Source: Puniceicoccaceae bacterium (lineage in GTDB: Bacteria > Verrucomicrobiota > Verrucomicrobiia > Opitutales > Oceanipulchritudinaceae). From it: a stretch of 64,000 nucleotides of DNA. A program made the position numbers and the translations under genes. Position 1 is the first letter of the stretch. Every line of letters starts with the position of its first letter. The notes below the pieces were generated by a model. It did not search any database. It was given only the letters and a program-made list of their open reading frames with translations, and was not told the origin of the DNA. The stretch covers positions 96,001 through 160,000 of the forward strand of contig JBFOMH010000005.1 in NCBI GenBank assembly GCA_040830765.1. Reading direction: 5' to 3'. Shown here in pieces: positions 40,101 to 55,100 of the stretch.

Positions 40101-43100
40101 CACCGCCGTTGATGATAATGTGGTCACCACCGATGCGAACGCCGCCATCATAGTCCGGATCGAATCCGAAGACGGTCAGCTCAACACCGGCGACTGGAGT
40201 CAAGGCAACGCCCAGCAGTTCCATCACCTCGCCGGAATCACCAGAGAATGCGCTAATGGTGTACGGACCGGCCATGCCGGATATCCAGACCTGCTGCCCA
40301 ATGGCGAATCCGTCGCTGGTCCATGGGTCTCCGTCGGTCCGCGTGAGGCTTGTGGTCGCGATGTCGACCTGTCCGATAAAGGATTCCCGCAATTCCTCGG
40401 CAACATGGATCACGAGATCAATCGTTCCTGCTGGAATTGCATCACCATCCAGAATGAGGACACTGCCCTCGCCCCAGGTGCCAAAGGCATCCGCTGGGAT
40501 GGCACTACCGTCGGCATTGGCATAACCCAGGATCTCACGCGTGGTCAATTCCGGCAGGCCGTCGACTGACAGCTGGACCTGCTGGCCAGGTTCAAATCCG
40601 TCACTAGCCCAGTCCAGACCATCCAACCGCAGCAGATGGACTTCGCCTTGTTCACCGGATACATCCACTTCGCCATTGAGATCGAGCAGTGCGTTACCAC
40701 CGCCATGGACCACCGTCAGGCCGCCGTGGGGACCGGCAACGGACAAGGTCAGTTCCTCGCCCGTCAAGGTCTGTATGGCCGGGCCTTCCAATACTAGAGT
40801 CAGCCCGCCGTTGGTAATATCAAGGAGGCGCCACTCGCCGTTTATCAAAGTGCTCTCGATCTTGACCAGATGGCCGACGAGGAATCCGTCATCTTCCCAG
40901 TTGCCAGTTCCCCGGGTCACCATTCCACCAGTGGCGGTAAAGTTCGTATCAACTTCCAGCGTTACAAGAACCAGGGGATCTTCACCAATGACCGTAATCA
41001 GCTCGCCGTTAAGAACAGGCAAGACGTCACCGCTGAGGTTCTCGAGGACAAGGACGCTGTTGTCATTCGGATCGAGCCCGGCATCGTCGATGGCCACGAT
41101 GGTCCATTCACCGGTGTAGCCGGGGATGGTAACAACCTGACCAATCAGGAAGCCGTTGGCCTTCCAGTCAAATCCGTCGCGGGTAATGGTTCCACCGTCA
41201 AGGCCAGCATTCGGGGAACTGTCGAACGTATTGGTAGCAGAGACTGGCGGTGCCGGATCGAGGGTTCCCTCAATAACGAGGGACTCATTGCCTTCACCGA
41301 GCATCAGGTTAACAACCTCGATGGTGCTTTGGTCCGTATCTGTGGAATAATCGCTACCGTCAAAATTGACACGACCGAAGCTGATACCTCCGGGAACAAC
41401 GGGTGCCTCGCCGAAGACGCCTTCACCAAAGGCAGAGAAGTCGATTTCATCAGCCATCCCAAATCCGGTCAGGGAAGTCTGCGTCATGACACCGGAACGG
41501 TCCATCTGGCTGGAGTCGTTAAAAATGTTCAGCACATCGATCTGCTGTGATTCCGGCGGCTGTTCAGCGACCACTGGCAGGAAGTCATCCGCTTCACCGG
41601 GCAGCTTGAGCCCGTTGCGTACCGTCCGGTCAGCACCGGTTGGCCCACCCTCGACGGCCAACGGACCACGCAGCTTGGAGAGGAGATGCGTCGATACCGG
41701 GAAGACCTTCACGCCTTCGCGCGTGACCGGGACATCATAGAATGGATCCGGCTGCAAGGTGACGGTTTGCTGGGTGTACCAATCGGACGGGGTAAAGGTG
41801 GCTGTCGCCGCAATGCGGTTCACCTCGAGCTGCAACGTTCCAGTCAACCATGCCGGCAGGGCGGTTTCAGCAGTCAGCTCAATCTTTTCATCCTTGGTCG
41901 CGTTATCTCCACGAATGATGGCAATCTTGAAGTCAACATACTCGGACGTATTAGCCGGATTGGTCACCCGGATACGCTGGCCTTCAAGGAAACCGTCGGC
42001 GAGCCAGCTGGAGCCGTCTGTCCGGACCAGGCGTCGGTTCAGGGCGTCTACCTGGATTTCGCCACTATAGAAGCCTTCACGGACAAGTTTGCTGAGCGAG
42101 ACTGTGTCGGGAATCTCAATATCGCTTGCCGGATTGGCTGGAGTGAACCCGGTTGACAGTGTGATCACCTGGTCCGTTACCGTCTCAATGATGTAATCCC
42201 CATCGACGCCAGCGGCTCCCGATCCGGCGACTCGCAGCATCATGCCGGCAGTGAAACCTTCGTTGATGAAGCTGCCGAAGTCCTCGCCGGTTCCACGTGT
42301 CAGGATTCCCTTGCCGCCCGATTGGCCAAATTTGATTGTGCCGAGGAAGAGCTGCGTGGCGCGGATTCCGCCGATAGTATTATAAACGACCGGAGCGCCA
42401 TCGATGGAAATGACATCTGCTAAACCATCGGTCAGGATGGCCACCTGCACGTCAGCGGTCGGCCGCAAAGTGAGGCGGATGAGATAGTCATCAGACGTTG
42501 TTTCATCAAAGAGCGTATCGGGGTCGTCCTTGATCATCAAGGTATTGCCCGCGCTTTCGAGGGAAACCATGCCCGGTGTCTCATTGTCGATGACCTCGAT
42601 GTCGAGGATGACAACCCCGGAACGGAGGTTCGGGAACTGATAACTGCCATCCGGATCAATGGTGGAGGCATCCAGAGCAAATCCGATGGAAGCAATTCCC
42701 GGATCCTCGTTGCGGAAGTCGTCGCGCGCTTTGATGGCAATGCGGACCGGATCATCCCAGTTGTCACTGGTAAAGGTGACGGTCTTGGCAATCGGGTCAA
42801 AGCGTGGATCGCTCTCGAGGTTGAGGAGGCGAATCTGGGCATCGCTGTCATCATCGAGGACCAGCTTGACGACGATGGTTTCACCGATTTCTGGAGCCAT
42901 GGCCAACTGCAGCAATACTTCATCGAGCAGTTGCGTGATGGAGTCGCCTTCAATAACCAGCGACCGGCCATCCTCAATGAATGTTCCCGGCTCGACCTCG
43001 CGGACGAATACACCCGGCGTGTCGTTGTCGCGAACCAGTACCTCGACGTTGCGGACGCGGACGGCATCGAATGCGACATCGTCGGAAATGACACTGTGCT

Positions 43101-46100
43101 GGGTGACCACGATGCGGTCGCCTTCTGCCCTGGTGTCATCCGGGGCAAAGACAAAGACTTCCTGATCGGCATCCCAGTTGGTGGAGTCAAAGACCAGGAC
43201 CACCGCCCGGTTGTCGATTTGCGTCGGCACTCCATTGATGACCACCGTCCGCTGGAATTCGGCATCCAATGGATTGTCGAGGTCGGCCGGGGCCACCGTA
43301 CTGAGCCAGATGGAGTCCCCTTCCCCATTGGTCAATGGTAACGGATTGCTGAAGCTGTCGGCGGCTTCCTGCTCGGAATTCCGGGCAGCGGATACGGTGA
43401 CATAGACAAATGTCCCCGGCGCGGGTGCGGTGGCCAGGCGGACGGAATAACTGTCGACCGGCACCGGCCCGCCTTCCTTGACGGCGGTGAATCCGTTGCT
43501 CTCGGTAATGACGACGGCACCCTGTTCGCCGGTGGCCACGTTGTAGTCAAAGCCATCGGTAATGAGGCCGTCGTAATTGGGATCATCGGAACTGACCAGA
43601 TGGTCAACCGCCCCACTCAGGCCTTCCAGTTCAAGGGCGACAATGTCCTCGGTGACATCACCGGTCACGTTGATGGTGTCACTGCCGAGGCCACCAATGA
43701 CCCGGTAGGCCACACCAAAGGCGGTCGACTGGACGAAGAATTCGTCGTCGCCCTCAAGGCCATCGATTTCCACCACCTCGACCGTGCGGTAACGGACATG
43801 GAGACCACTGCCGAAGATACCCTTGTCCGTGATGACAAAGTCGTCAGCGAACTCGGTGCCAAGGATGACCAGCTTGTCGAAGCCGGTCCCGCCTTCGACT
43901 GAGACGGGAGCATTGATGTTGTAGCGGACCTCGTCCTCGCCACCACCGGCACGGATGTCCGGTTCGCGGGCCACGGAGAAGCCCAGTCCGATGATCGGGA
44001 CGGCGACGCCGTCCTCGTCGACCGGCAAGACATCGTCGCGCCAATCGTCGGTCATGTTGGCATCCGCGGCGTTGGCCACGCCATCGCCATTATTGTCCAT
44101 GGTCGGATTGAGGATGTCATTGATATCCTTGACCCCATCGCCATTGGCATCGGTATCGACCACCGCCGCGATGGCGAATGCCCGGACGACAAACTGGTCA
44201 TTGCCGTCATCTCCCTCGAGACGGAGCTCTGCCTGGTTGGAATAGACCGTAAATTCGTCATTACCGGTACCACCGTGGACAACCATCGGGGCATGCGTAC
44301 CCGGGCTGAGCCAGCCACGGGTGGTCGGGACAAGGTCGGGGAAGATGTCCTGCTCGAGCAGGAGGCCTTCAGCTGAGTCCCGCTTGAGTCCGAAGACCTG
44401 TCCGATCTGGAAGGTGTCATCACCGGAGCCACCATCCAGTTCGACGATGGCCGTGGTGTCATCGGAATAGAAGACATCATTCCCGCCGAAGCTGTGGACG
44501 CGGACCCGTCCGTTGAGCGCAGTGTCGTAGTTGATGCGCTGGACTTCATTGGAGGCCTCATTGCCGGTAATAGTGTCGAGATACTGTTCAACCGCTCCAT
44601 GCAGCATAGCCACGTAAGCCGGGCGGTCTGCCACTTCATTGGGCAGATAGTCGGCGGCCCGGAGGAGGAAAATGTCGTCGTTCGGGAACGGCTCGCCGGT
44701 GGAAGGATCGATCCCCTCATCTGCCGTATCAAGGCCGAGGATGAGGAGCTCGTCCACACCGTCGTCTTCAGCACCGGTATCGAGGACATTGATGACGTAG
44801 TTACGCTCATCTGCCCCGTTGCTTCCGAGGGTATGGACCTCGTAGTAATCAGTATCCGCCTGGCCATCTAGAGTAAGGGTGTGCTCCGCAGTGGAGATGT
44901 TGGCCGGGCTAGTGGTTACGGAAGCATCCTGCAGATAGAATACGCGGAAACGGTCCTCACCATCATCGCCACCGGAATCGGCATCCTGACTGCCATGGAC
45001 CCGGGTCTTCGAGCCGATGAAGATATAGCCCGGACTGCCCTGAGTTGTTGTTCCGCCAGCACCACTTGCATCCCCAAAGTCAATATGGTCAACATCGGTA
45101 TGGCCCCAGATTTCCGTAAGGTAGACCGGTGCAGTAAAGGTCGGGATGGCTGAGCCAACCGGGCTGCCGGCCGTAACGTCAGCACCGGCAATGATACGAC
45201 CACGGAGGATGGTTTCTGTTCCAAAGCCAGAATCGAGATTCACGTGGTCGACGAACATCGTGATGTCTTCGGCCGCTAGGATTTCACTGTTCGGCTCGGT
45301 GCGGATGTCGTCGCCAACCTGGAGCAGGACCCAGCCCATCTCGGCGAAAATCTGGCCATTCGGAATTTCACGCAGAGCATCCGGATGATTGTCCGGAATC
45401 GTGGTATTGGTCTCGGCGAATCGTGCCGTACCGAGACGAATCAGCTCAAGGTCTTCATCAAGATCGGAGGACTCACGGACGGTAATCCGGATGTCACCCA
45501 TATACGCATGTGCAAGCAGGAGTCGGAGGGTTCCGTCTGTTTCGGTGACAAATATACTATCGGTTGCCTCCATGGCGACATCGTCACCGGCCTCGTCAAG
45601 GGCCACTGCCGGGGAACCGCGTGAGGAGTCGATTTCCAGGTCGTTGGCCGACGCTCCAATACTGGAACCGGACCCATTAGCATCCAAGTCAATCGCCTGT
45701 CCAAGGATGTTGACTGCCTCATCCCCTGCCCCGTCGTTGCGGGAATCAAGAATGGAACCACCAACGGTCCGCAGGGAAATGTCATTAATACTCTCGACAG
45801 TATGGACATGCAGGTCGCCATCCACCTCATCAATATAGATGCCCTGCGTGGTATTGGCCGTGTAGTCGAATGCCCTGAGGGTTCCCAGTTCACCACCGGT
45901 AGCGCCGTCGATATCGACATCAATCTCAAGGAAATTATCCGGCAGACCGATACCGCCGACCGGTAGATCCGCATCCAGTGGCATCGGATCATCATAGGTC
46001 CCCGGCGGATTCACCAGACCTGTGCCACTGACGAGCGTGATATTGACACCGGATACGTCCGCTTCGGAGCTTAAGGCGGTGTCATTCCGGGCATCCAGAA

Positions 46101-49100
46101 TGGTCGCCGGAGCATACAGGAGGACATCATTTCCGGTCGACTTGATCCGCTCGACCCGCATGTCGCCGGTCTTTTCGGTCAGGGTGATGTCACCATTTGT
46201 GAGAATGTCGATGTCGCCCGTAGTCAGGATTTCCGAGATACCGAGCACATTGACCAGAGTCGCGCCCGGATCCAGCTCGGAGGACAGGAGGATGATATTT
46301 CCACCGGCAACCAATCCCGGCAGCGTCGGTTCGCCTTCGGTATCGATCTGGCGATAATCGTAGGTGCTGTCGACTTCATCGGGTGCGGTTGCATAGGCGC
46401 CGAAGTTGAGGGCCTCCGGCGGGAGGATGTCCGGTACGTAGAAATTGAAATAAGCCAAACCACCCGGTTGACCCGGATGCTTGATGAGCACGCCACCCTT
46501 TTCACCCACATCCAGTTCCTGGACAGTCGGGCGCATGAGGATGTCGATGTCATTACCGGCAGTAACCGCGTCCACCTCGACAAAGAAGGTGTCCAGGATG
46601 CCCCGCTGCCTGCCGAGGAGATCGAGATAAATATCCGTTGCCGCATTGACGGTGAAGCGGGTCACCGGAGTGAGGCTGTGTTCATTGAAGTCGCCACCGG
46701 CCTGGGCAATATTGATCGGCAAGCCGCCTTGCGTCTCGGCCAGTTGGATAGTCAACCGGTCCTCGGAAACAATGGCGTAGTAATGGCCACCATTGGTCAG
46801 ACCGCTGATCGGCGTTGCGCTGGTATCATACCTGACCAGCTGGCCGGTGAAGAACTGATGGTCAAAGCCAAGGAAAATGGTATTCGTCTCATCAATGACC
46901 CGGCGGGTCTGGAAGTAGACTTCTCCCGGTACGCCCGGACTGTCGATGATGTCAACATTGAGGCGCATATCATCTTCGCCGACCTGACCAGTTGGGGAAT
47001 CGAGACGGAGAATATTTGTCCGGATGAGGGAAGTCGGTGAACCAGTCCTCGCGGCTGTGCCGACAATATCACTCTGCGGACTGACGATGGAAGTGGTACC
47101 AATGGGATTCTCAATGACACCATTCACATGAACGCTACCTGTACCAGTGTTGGTGATATCCACCAGGCTCGGCGTGACATCCTGCTCAAGGGCAAAAGTA
47201 ATGGTTCGCGACGTACTCGGATCAATCCATGACAATGGCTGGCGGGTACCAATGACATTGATGCCGTTAACCTGGAGGTCCTTATTCGAATGATTCGTGA
47301 TGACTACCTTCGGCAGGGAGTCCCTGAATTCCCAAGTGCCACCAGATCCAGCAATACTGGTTGTGGCCCGGAAGACAACGTCCCCGGCGCCAGGATTGAC
47401 GATATCGTTGACACGGATGATGTTGTCCAGGATCGGACCGGAAGTCTTGGCTGAGTCATCCAGGTCGTTCACACTGGTTTCGATTGCGGTGACGATATTC
47501 CCGGCCTCATCGATCGTCAGTTCAATTTCAAGAATCGGAATGCGTCCGGAGAGGATGAGGATATTCGAACTGAAATCGATTTCCTCGTCCCGGCTCTTGC
47601 TACCGCCCTGGCTGCTGCCACCACCGGCAAGCGAGCGCTTCTTGGCCCGTGCGCTTTCATTGGCGAGAATCGCTCCGGCAAGATTGGCTGCATTCAGGTA
47701 AAGGGCAAGATGATCGGATTCCGAGGGGTGTTCGAGGTTGGCATCCAGGTCGGCTCGAGGACCTGTTGTGATAAGGGCTTCTGTCGCTCCGTAAATCTGG
47801 TTGACCAGATTGGTGTTATTGGTGGCCCTTGCTCCAACCCAGCCAAATAGACCGGAAGACTTGACGAAGGACTTGGCGAAGGTGCGGATGTCGGGATCAT
47901 TTGCATCATCCAGATCGCCATAGCGGGAAATGATGTCGACTCCCTCGAGTGCGGTCAGGCGAACCTGGGTCCCCATTTCAACGCGGTTACCGGCAGCAAC
48001 ATTGATGCGCGTCGAATCACTGGCAGCCGCATAGACCCCACGGCCCACGGCATCACCCTGTGCCCGGACATTCATCTTCGGGGTATGGGCTTTCAGGACA
48101 ACCGTATTGGCTGAGAGAATAGCTCCATCCTCAAGCACGACCTTGTTGGTGCCGTTGTCATCACTGTCCAAACCGTCGATAGTGATGCGGTTCTGGGAAC
48201 GGGCATTGCCACCGGCTCCACTGCCACGGGACTTGGCCTTGCTGAAGGCATTGACTTCAGACTCGGCAATCACCGAGGCATGGTCATTAACAAGGATATC
48301 GGCATTCTGGCCAATGCGGGCAATCGTGCTGAATGCGATATCCGTATCGCTGTCCGCATTGGATATTGCCACAAATCCACCCGTACGGGCCTTGGAGGAG
48401 ACATTGGAATTGAGCTCTGCCTGGGCATGGACCGAGAAGTCGTCCCCAACAAGGATACGGGTCCCGGTGCCAATCCCGGCTTCGGTAATGACTACTTGGT
48501 CACTGTCAACTTTGGCCGTTCCAAGGGCGGCCGCTCCGCCAGTGTCGTTCTGGCTGTGTGCGGTGGCACGGGTACGGGTGAAGCTGCTGACATCAATATC
48601 ATTTCCGGCACTGACAAAGGATCCGCCGAGGGTAGCAATGACAGTTGCGTCGAAGCGGATGGAGGCATCGTTGACATTTAATCCAATAAAGCCACCGCCG
48701 GAGCCTTCGGCCCGGGCTGCGGAGGTGCCGTCACCGGAAAGCGGGGCAATCGACTGCAGGGGAACCTGATCCGGTCCAAGGAGGACCTGGTCGCCCGGAA
48801 CCGGAGTCACCAGATCCAGCCGCAGGGTGTGCTCGCCGGAGGAGGAGCCAAGGTCGACAACCGGGGCAAAGGAGTGTTCAATGCCACTGCCAAGGCCGGT
48901 CGTTTCAAGAACGATTGCCGGACCACCCGGTGTCAGGGAGATGGAGAAATTATCGGCATCAGTTACCGTCACATAGTAGGTCCGTCCGTCCTGGAGGCGT
49001 CCACCACCGTCGATGCCAAGCGGCGCTTCACTGAGGCGGATGAGGCTGTGAACATCGGCACCGCTGTTGTGGTTACCCTGCGGGAGGGATTCGGTAATGG

Positions 49101-52100
49101 TCCGTCGTCCGGACTCAGCTACCAAGGTATTTCCCACTGTCAGTGTGATGACACTACCAGTAATGTCGGCTATTTCGTAAATGGAGAGGTTGTCATCACT
49201 GCCGCCGATGTGGATTCCGGAGCCGACGGTAAAGACACTATTGGACCAGTCGCCGTCGTTGCGGGTGATGGTGTCGCCGGCTGCATCCAGGGCAATTGTC
49301 ACGTCTCCGGTAATCGAGGTCTTGACCGGTGCCAGCGGGATGATCGGTTCATCGAAGGTCTTCTGGACCGGATTGGAGACGGTGATGATCTCGGAAGCGC
49401 TTGCTACTGCCTCAACCGAAGTCAGGACAATGGTGTCACCGGCAACGGACGTTGTTGCGATACTGTCAATAGTGTAGGTTCCATTGTTGGCACCTGATCC
49501 AGTGACGACAATGGTCTGACCCGTGACAAGGTTGGAATTCCCCCAGTTGCCTCCATCGGTCCTGACGATCCGATCCAGAACATCCGGCATTCCCGTGGCC
49601 CCGCGGACCCAATTAACTGGAGCAGTAATCCGGGTCGCTGTAACGGTATCCGCAACAGTAAGCGTCAAGGTGTCGCCGCTGACGCCAAGAATTGTGTACT
49701 CACCACTGTTGATGCCCGCGCCGCTAATAAGCAAAGTATGGCCGGCATCAAAGCCGTTATCGAGCCAGCTCTCTCCGCTGGTGCGGATAATCTGGTCACC
49801 GGTGGCGCTGCGGACAAAATTGACCTCTTCATTGAGGAGCAGATCATTGTACTTCAGTTGGATGGTGTAGGTATTTACGACGACAGCCCGGACAACCAGT
49901 CCGTCCTCGAGGCCACCAATGGGGATGGCCGCCGTGTCTTCCAAGGTACTGACGCCATAGAGCAACTTGTCGCCATCGCTGTAGCCATGGGAGACAGGCG
50001 TTACATCCTCGGGATCATAGAAGACGACATTGTCGCCATCGACAAAGTCGGTGATGTTGACTGCCCCACCGGAAAGGGTTCCGCCGACGACGTCGGCTTG
50101 TCCAACATTGAACTGCAAGGCATCCGGCGAATCATAGGTCACTGCCTGGCCGTTTGTGAAACCGTGTCCCGGGAGATTGACATTACTCCCGGAAACACCT
50201 GCCGGGGTAAAGACCTTGGTGAAGGCTGTTGGATCATCCGCCTGGGCCTGCGTGGAGACCAGCCGGATGCGGAATTCGTCCACTGTAATGACGTAATAGG
50301 AATCAGTGGGATTTAAACCACCAACGTTTGGCGCACCATCCAGTGCTTCATACTTCAGGCGGTCACCGTCCTGGAAGTTGTGCGCGATGCCAAAGAGGAT
50401 TGTATCGAAGGTGGCATTGACGCCGCTGCCGGATCCCGGTGCCACCGGATCGCCAAGGAAGCCTGTCCCAAGGGCCAGGTTATCCTGATCAATCACGAGC
50501 ACGTTATAGCGTCGGACGAATTCATCATCGTCAATGACTTCAGTTGCCTCCAGGTCGCCGCCATCCTTGGAAACCTCAACGGTATCCCCGGTTTCCAGGT
50601 TGTGGTTATTAACGAGGAGGCTGTCCTCCGCGAGGTCGGCGGAGATGATGACGTAGTCCGGAATGTTGTCTGCGACGATGGGGTCCTCAATCGCGGCCAT
50701 GTTGATGCTGCCACCGACAATGATCGTCGATCCGGCACCGACATTGGCCGTTACCTGGGCATTGACATTCGCGGCGGAATCCGATCCGCCGACTCCAGCG
50801 ATCAGGCCGAAAGTCACTCCACGGGTAACGGCATCCGCCTCTGGGGAAGCAAAGGCAAGGATATTGAGATCGCCGCTGCTGTTGACAATGGCATTCGTCC
50901 CGACGCCGGCCTCAACAATGGTCAGGACATTGGCATCGGATTCGTTGAATGTACCGGAGCCCAGCCCACCCGAAACTGCCCGGGCCCGCGCGCCAACACG
51001 GTCAACCCCATTGGCCTCGATAACAACGGAACCAACCCCAGGAATCGCCTCGGAACCAGCAAGACCGGAGAAGGTTGCCGTAGTAGTAGATTCGACATCC
51101 GCAAAAGCCACACTGGCGCCAAAGGCGACTATGCCACCGGAAGCGGCTTTGGCATCGGCAATGGCGTCGGTCACAGAGTTGGCAAGAATACTCAGGTTGC
51201 CGGATGCGGAGACATTCGTACCGGAGCCGATGTCCGCGAGGACGGAGGAAACCGTCAGGGCACGTGCGGTTCCACCGGCGGCACCGACAATCAAGCCACC
51301 ACTGGCCAAGCGCGCGTCGGCCCGATTCACCCCGACAAGGGAGGCATCGATAAGGATATTATTTGCGGACAGGCTGCTGTCATCCCCGACAAAGGCTTCG
51401 ACATTGACGTTGAGCTGGGATTGCGCGATGGCACCGGCAAAGCCACCAAAGAGTGCGAAATTGGAACCCGTGCCAAATGCCCGTACCGACGCCGTTGCCG
51501 TTGCGGTTACCGCAAGGTCGCCGGAGGTGACGACGACATCGGTGGCCTCCCCGATATAGGACCGGACGCTCATCGATGAATCGGCCCGGGTATCGGTGAA
51601 GGATCCGGATCCGCCTAGGGCGAGACCAAACATTTCACCGGTTACAAGGACATTGCTGTTTCCTGTAGCGGAAATATTTATACTTGAAGTGGCAACCAGG
51701 CCTGTGTTCCCACCCGGGATGCCAATGGCACTTTCCGGACCACCGGCGGCTTCGACCAAGTGGGCGTCGCTTGCCTCGACGATAGCACCGCTGGCTTCGG
51801 CCAACGCGAGACTCAGGCCTTCCGTGGTAGCCTCTACTGTGTTGCTGGCATTTGCCAGGATTTGGATTTCGGAGGCGTTCAACTGGGCGGCTTCACCAAC
51901 CAGTGCCCGGGTCACACCCGTCAAGTCAGCATCGACAATCATGCCACTGAAACCAACCGCGGCAACATTGTCCTTGGTGCTGGAGGCCTTGACCTTATTG
52001 ATGCTGTTCGCATCAACAATGATGGAGCCGGCAGTGGTTACGGTGGCCCCGGATCCGATGGAGGCGATCACCTTTGAGTCCTGCTCTGCCAGTGCCCCCG

Positions 52101-55100
52101 TCAGGCTGCCGCTGAAGAGTGCCCCACTCTCTGCTTCCACGGATGAGTCGGTTCCGACTCCAAGGACACCTTGACCAAGGTCAGCCTCGACAAGCAGGGA
52201 TCCAGCATCGACCGATGCACCATTCCCGAGGAAGGCCGAAACCGTCGGCCGCAAGCGGGCGAATGAGGAGGACCCACCGCCAGAGCCAACGGCAATGGAT
52301 ATCGTCTCGGTGGAGGTAACGGCATCTCCGATGAATGCGGAAGAAACGGTCACTGCTCCAGTGGTATAAATTTCAGAATTGGCCCCAACGAGTCCTTGGA
52401 CGAAGGAACGGACATCGGTTTCCGCCTTGTTCAGGCTGCCTTCGAACAAGCCACCGGCGGCTGCCTTGACAACGGCCTGGGCTGCTTCGGAGCTGTAGGC
52501 ATCAACAGTCACGGCCCCGTTCGATGGACTGCCGGGAGCCCCGATAGAGCCGTCAAATACTGCCCGTGTCGTGGCATTGAGCTCACCCTTGGCGTAACTG
52601 CCACCAAAGGCCGCCAGGCCAAGGCGGTCACCGCGGGCATCGGCAAAGACCCGGTTTTCGGAAAGCGCGAGAACATCGACATCACCCGTTGTTTCAACCG
52701 TGGAACCATCACCAACCTCGGCGCGGACACTGGCATCGGTCAGGGCAATGGCCTCGCCACCATTGATGGCAGCGAGAAGAGCTAGCCCGCCCAACTCTAC
52801 AAAGGCGTTGTTTATGGAACCAAAGTCAGCCGTGACGGTTATGTTGGATCCGACAAGGAGTGCGCCGGCTCCGGTGAAGGCACTGACCTCTGTGCTCAGC
52901 GTCGAGCTGACCTGGGCTGTTCCTACCGCAACCCCAATGGATACATTGGTACCGGTTCCATTGGCATCAATCTCAACATAGCCGGTGGCATCAACCATCA
53001 CCGAACCGCCATTCAAAGCCTTGGCATCGACCGCTTCGCCCAGGTAGGCCCGGACACGGGCGGTTGAGAGCGCTTCCGTATCACTGAAGGACCCGCTGCC
53101 CCCCAGTCCGATACCGAGCATCTCGCCGGTGGAGCTGATGGTCCCGGTCAGGGTTGCCGAAACAATTATTCCATCGATACCGGTCGACTTGAGGAAAGTT
53201 GTTGAGCCACCCGCTCCGGTTCCCTCTTCCGGACCGGCATAGGCCTCGACGATCTGGTTGTCGATCGCCTGGACGCGTGCCCCGGCCCCTTCAATCAGTC
53301 CGAGACTGACGCTGCCGATTAGTGCGGTAACGGTGTTGGTGACTAAGGAATCAACCAGAATATGCGAACCGAGGAGGTTAGCCCCGTTGCCGACAATAGC
53401 CCGGGTGCTGCCAGTCAATTCAGCAACCACAAGGAAAGCGCTGAGCTCAAGGGCCGCAGCTGAGGCACTTTCGCTGAGGGCCAGGGCGCTGTTTTCACCG
53501 CTTGCCACAACCTGAACGAGGCCATCAGCGAATACCCGGGCGTTATCGCCAATCCGGGCAGTGACATTGGAGGCATGAATGGCATTGGCTTCGGCCTTGC
53601 TGAGATCAAAGAAGGCAGAACCGCCCTCGGCCTCGACAACCGCACTGCTGCCCAGGCTGGCCGGATCAATCAACTCAAGGGCTGCGCTGACGGATACGGA
53701 AGCCGCATCAATCTGGACATTGTCCCCGACAAAAGCACTTGCTGTCGGTTCCAAGCGCGACAGGGCTTTCGATCCACCAACAGAACCAGCACTCAAGGTC
53801 TGTTCCTCAGTACTGGCTGTAGACTCGCCACGTGACGTGCTCTTGATTGTCACCGATCCGGTTGTATCGACCGAGTACCCATTGCCGATGCTGGCAAACG
53901 ACTTTGAGCGCACCAGCGCTTCGGCCTTGTTGATACCGAATTCCGCCAGTCCTCCGGAGGTTGCCTGAATTGACGCCGTGGCGACATCCCGGCTTGCGGC
54001 ATCAATCAGCAGGTTGGCTGTGGAACCGACCAGCTCGCTGTTCAGGAGAGCCTGGGTGGTGACGTTGAGATCGCTCTTTGCCAGACTGAGGCCCACGGCT
54101 ACGATGCCGCCCACTGTATCCCCGCGGGTATCGGCATTGGCAGTGTTGTTGGACGTTGCGAAAATGGTAACGCCCGACCCGGCAATGACGGAAGCACTGT
54201 TGCCAATTTCCGCCCGGACGTTTGCGTTCGAGGAAGCCAGGGCATCACTGAATGTACCGCTGCCAAGCAGGGCCATGCTGCCGACCTTGAGCAAGGTATC
54301 ATTATTGGATGTCAACCGGGCTAAGACCTGCACCTCATTGGCCGTGGTCTGGCCACCGCCACCCAGGATTTCGGCGCTGACATCAGTATCAAGCACGCCG
54401 CGAATCCGTGTGCCGAGGAAAGAGGCTCCACCGGATGCGCCGACGCCACGACCTATTGCATCGACATCCACATCGGCATCTGCTTCCACCCGGATGGTTC
54501 CGCCAACATCGGCCACGACCTTGTCACCAAGGAAGGCGTAGACTTGTGAGGTACTGGTGGCAGTCGCATCAGTGTAGCCACCAGAAACGAGGAAACTGAG
54601 GGAATCCATGTTCCCTGCGGCAATAACCGTGCTGTCGAGTTGGGCCCAGACTTCGACACTGCCAGTCACAATCAGATTGGTAACATCACCCGTTCCCAAG
54701 CCTGAGGCCGGTCCGACTGAGGCTTGCGACAAGTGGTTGTCGGTTGCGGACACAGAGGCTCCTGCTCCTGTACCAAGACCAAGGCTGACGCTGTCAAGAA
54801 TAGCAGACACATTGTTAATGGCATCCGTGATGAGGGAGATAAATCCTGCCCGGATGAAGGCACCCTCATCGATCGTTGCCGTGGTGCTGCCATTCAGCTC
54901 AGCCTTGACTTCGAATGCACCAAATGCAGCTGCGGAGATACTGGCCGTGTCACTCTTGGCGTGCGCGTTATTGCTGCTTATGGCCTGGAGGCTGACCGTA
55001 CCAAGCGTATTGATAATTACCCCTTCGCCAATGCTGGCGTTGACCGACACATTGTGAATGGCATGCGCTTCGGCCTTGCTGGCATCAAAAACGAGAGCTC

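Noticed and set aside
40250..50620. Prophage remnant
   Set aside because: The phage-like motifs are in-frame modules of one continuous ORF; no phage genes or att sites were seen.
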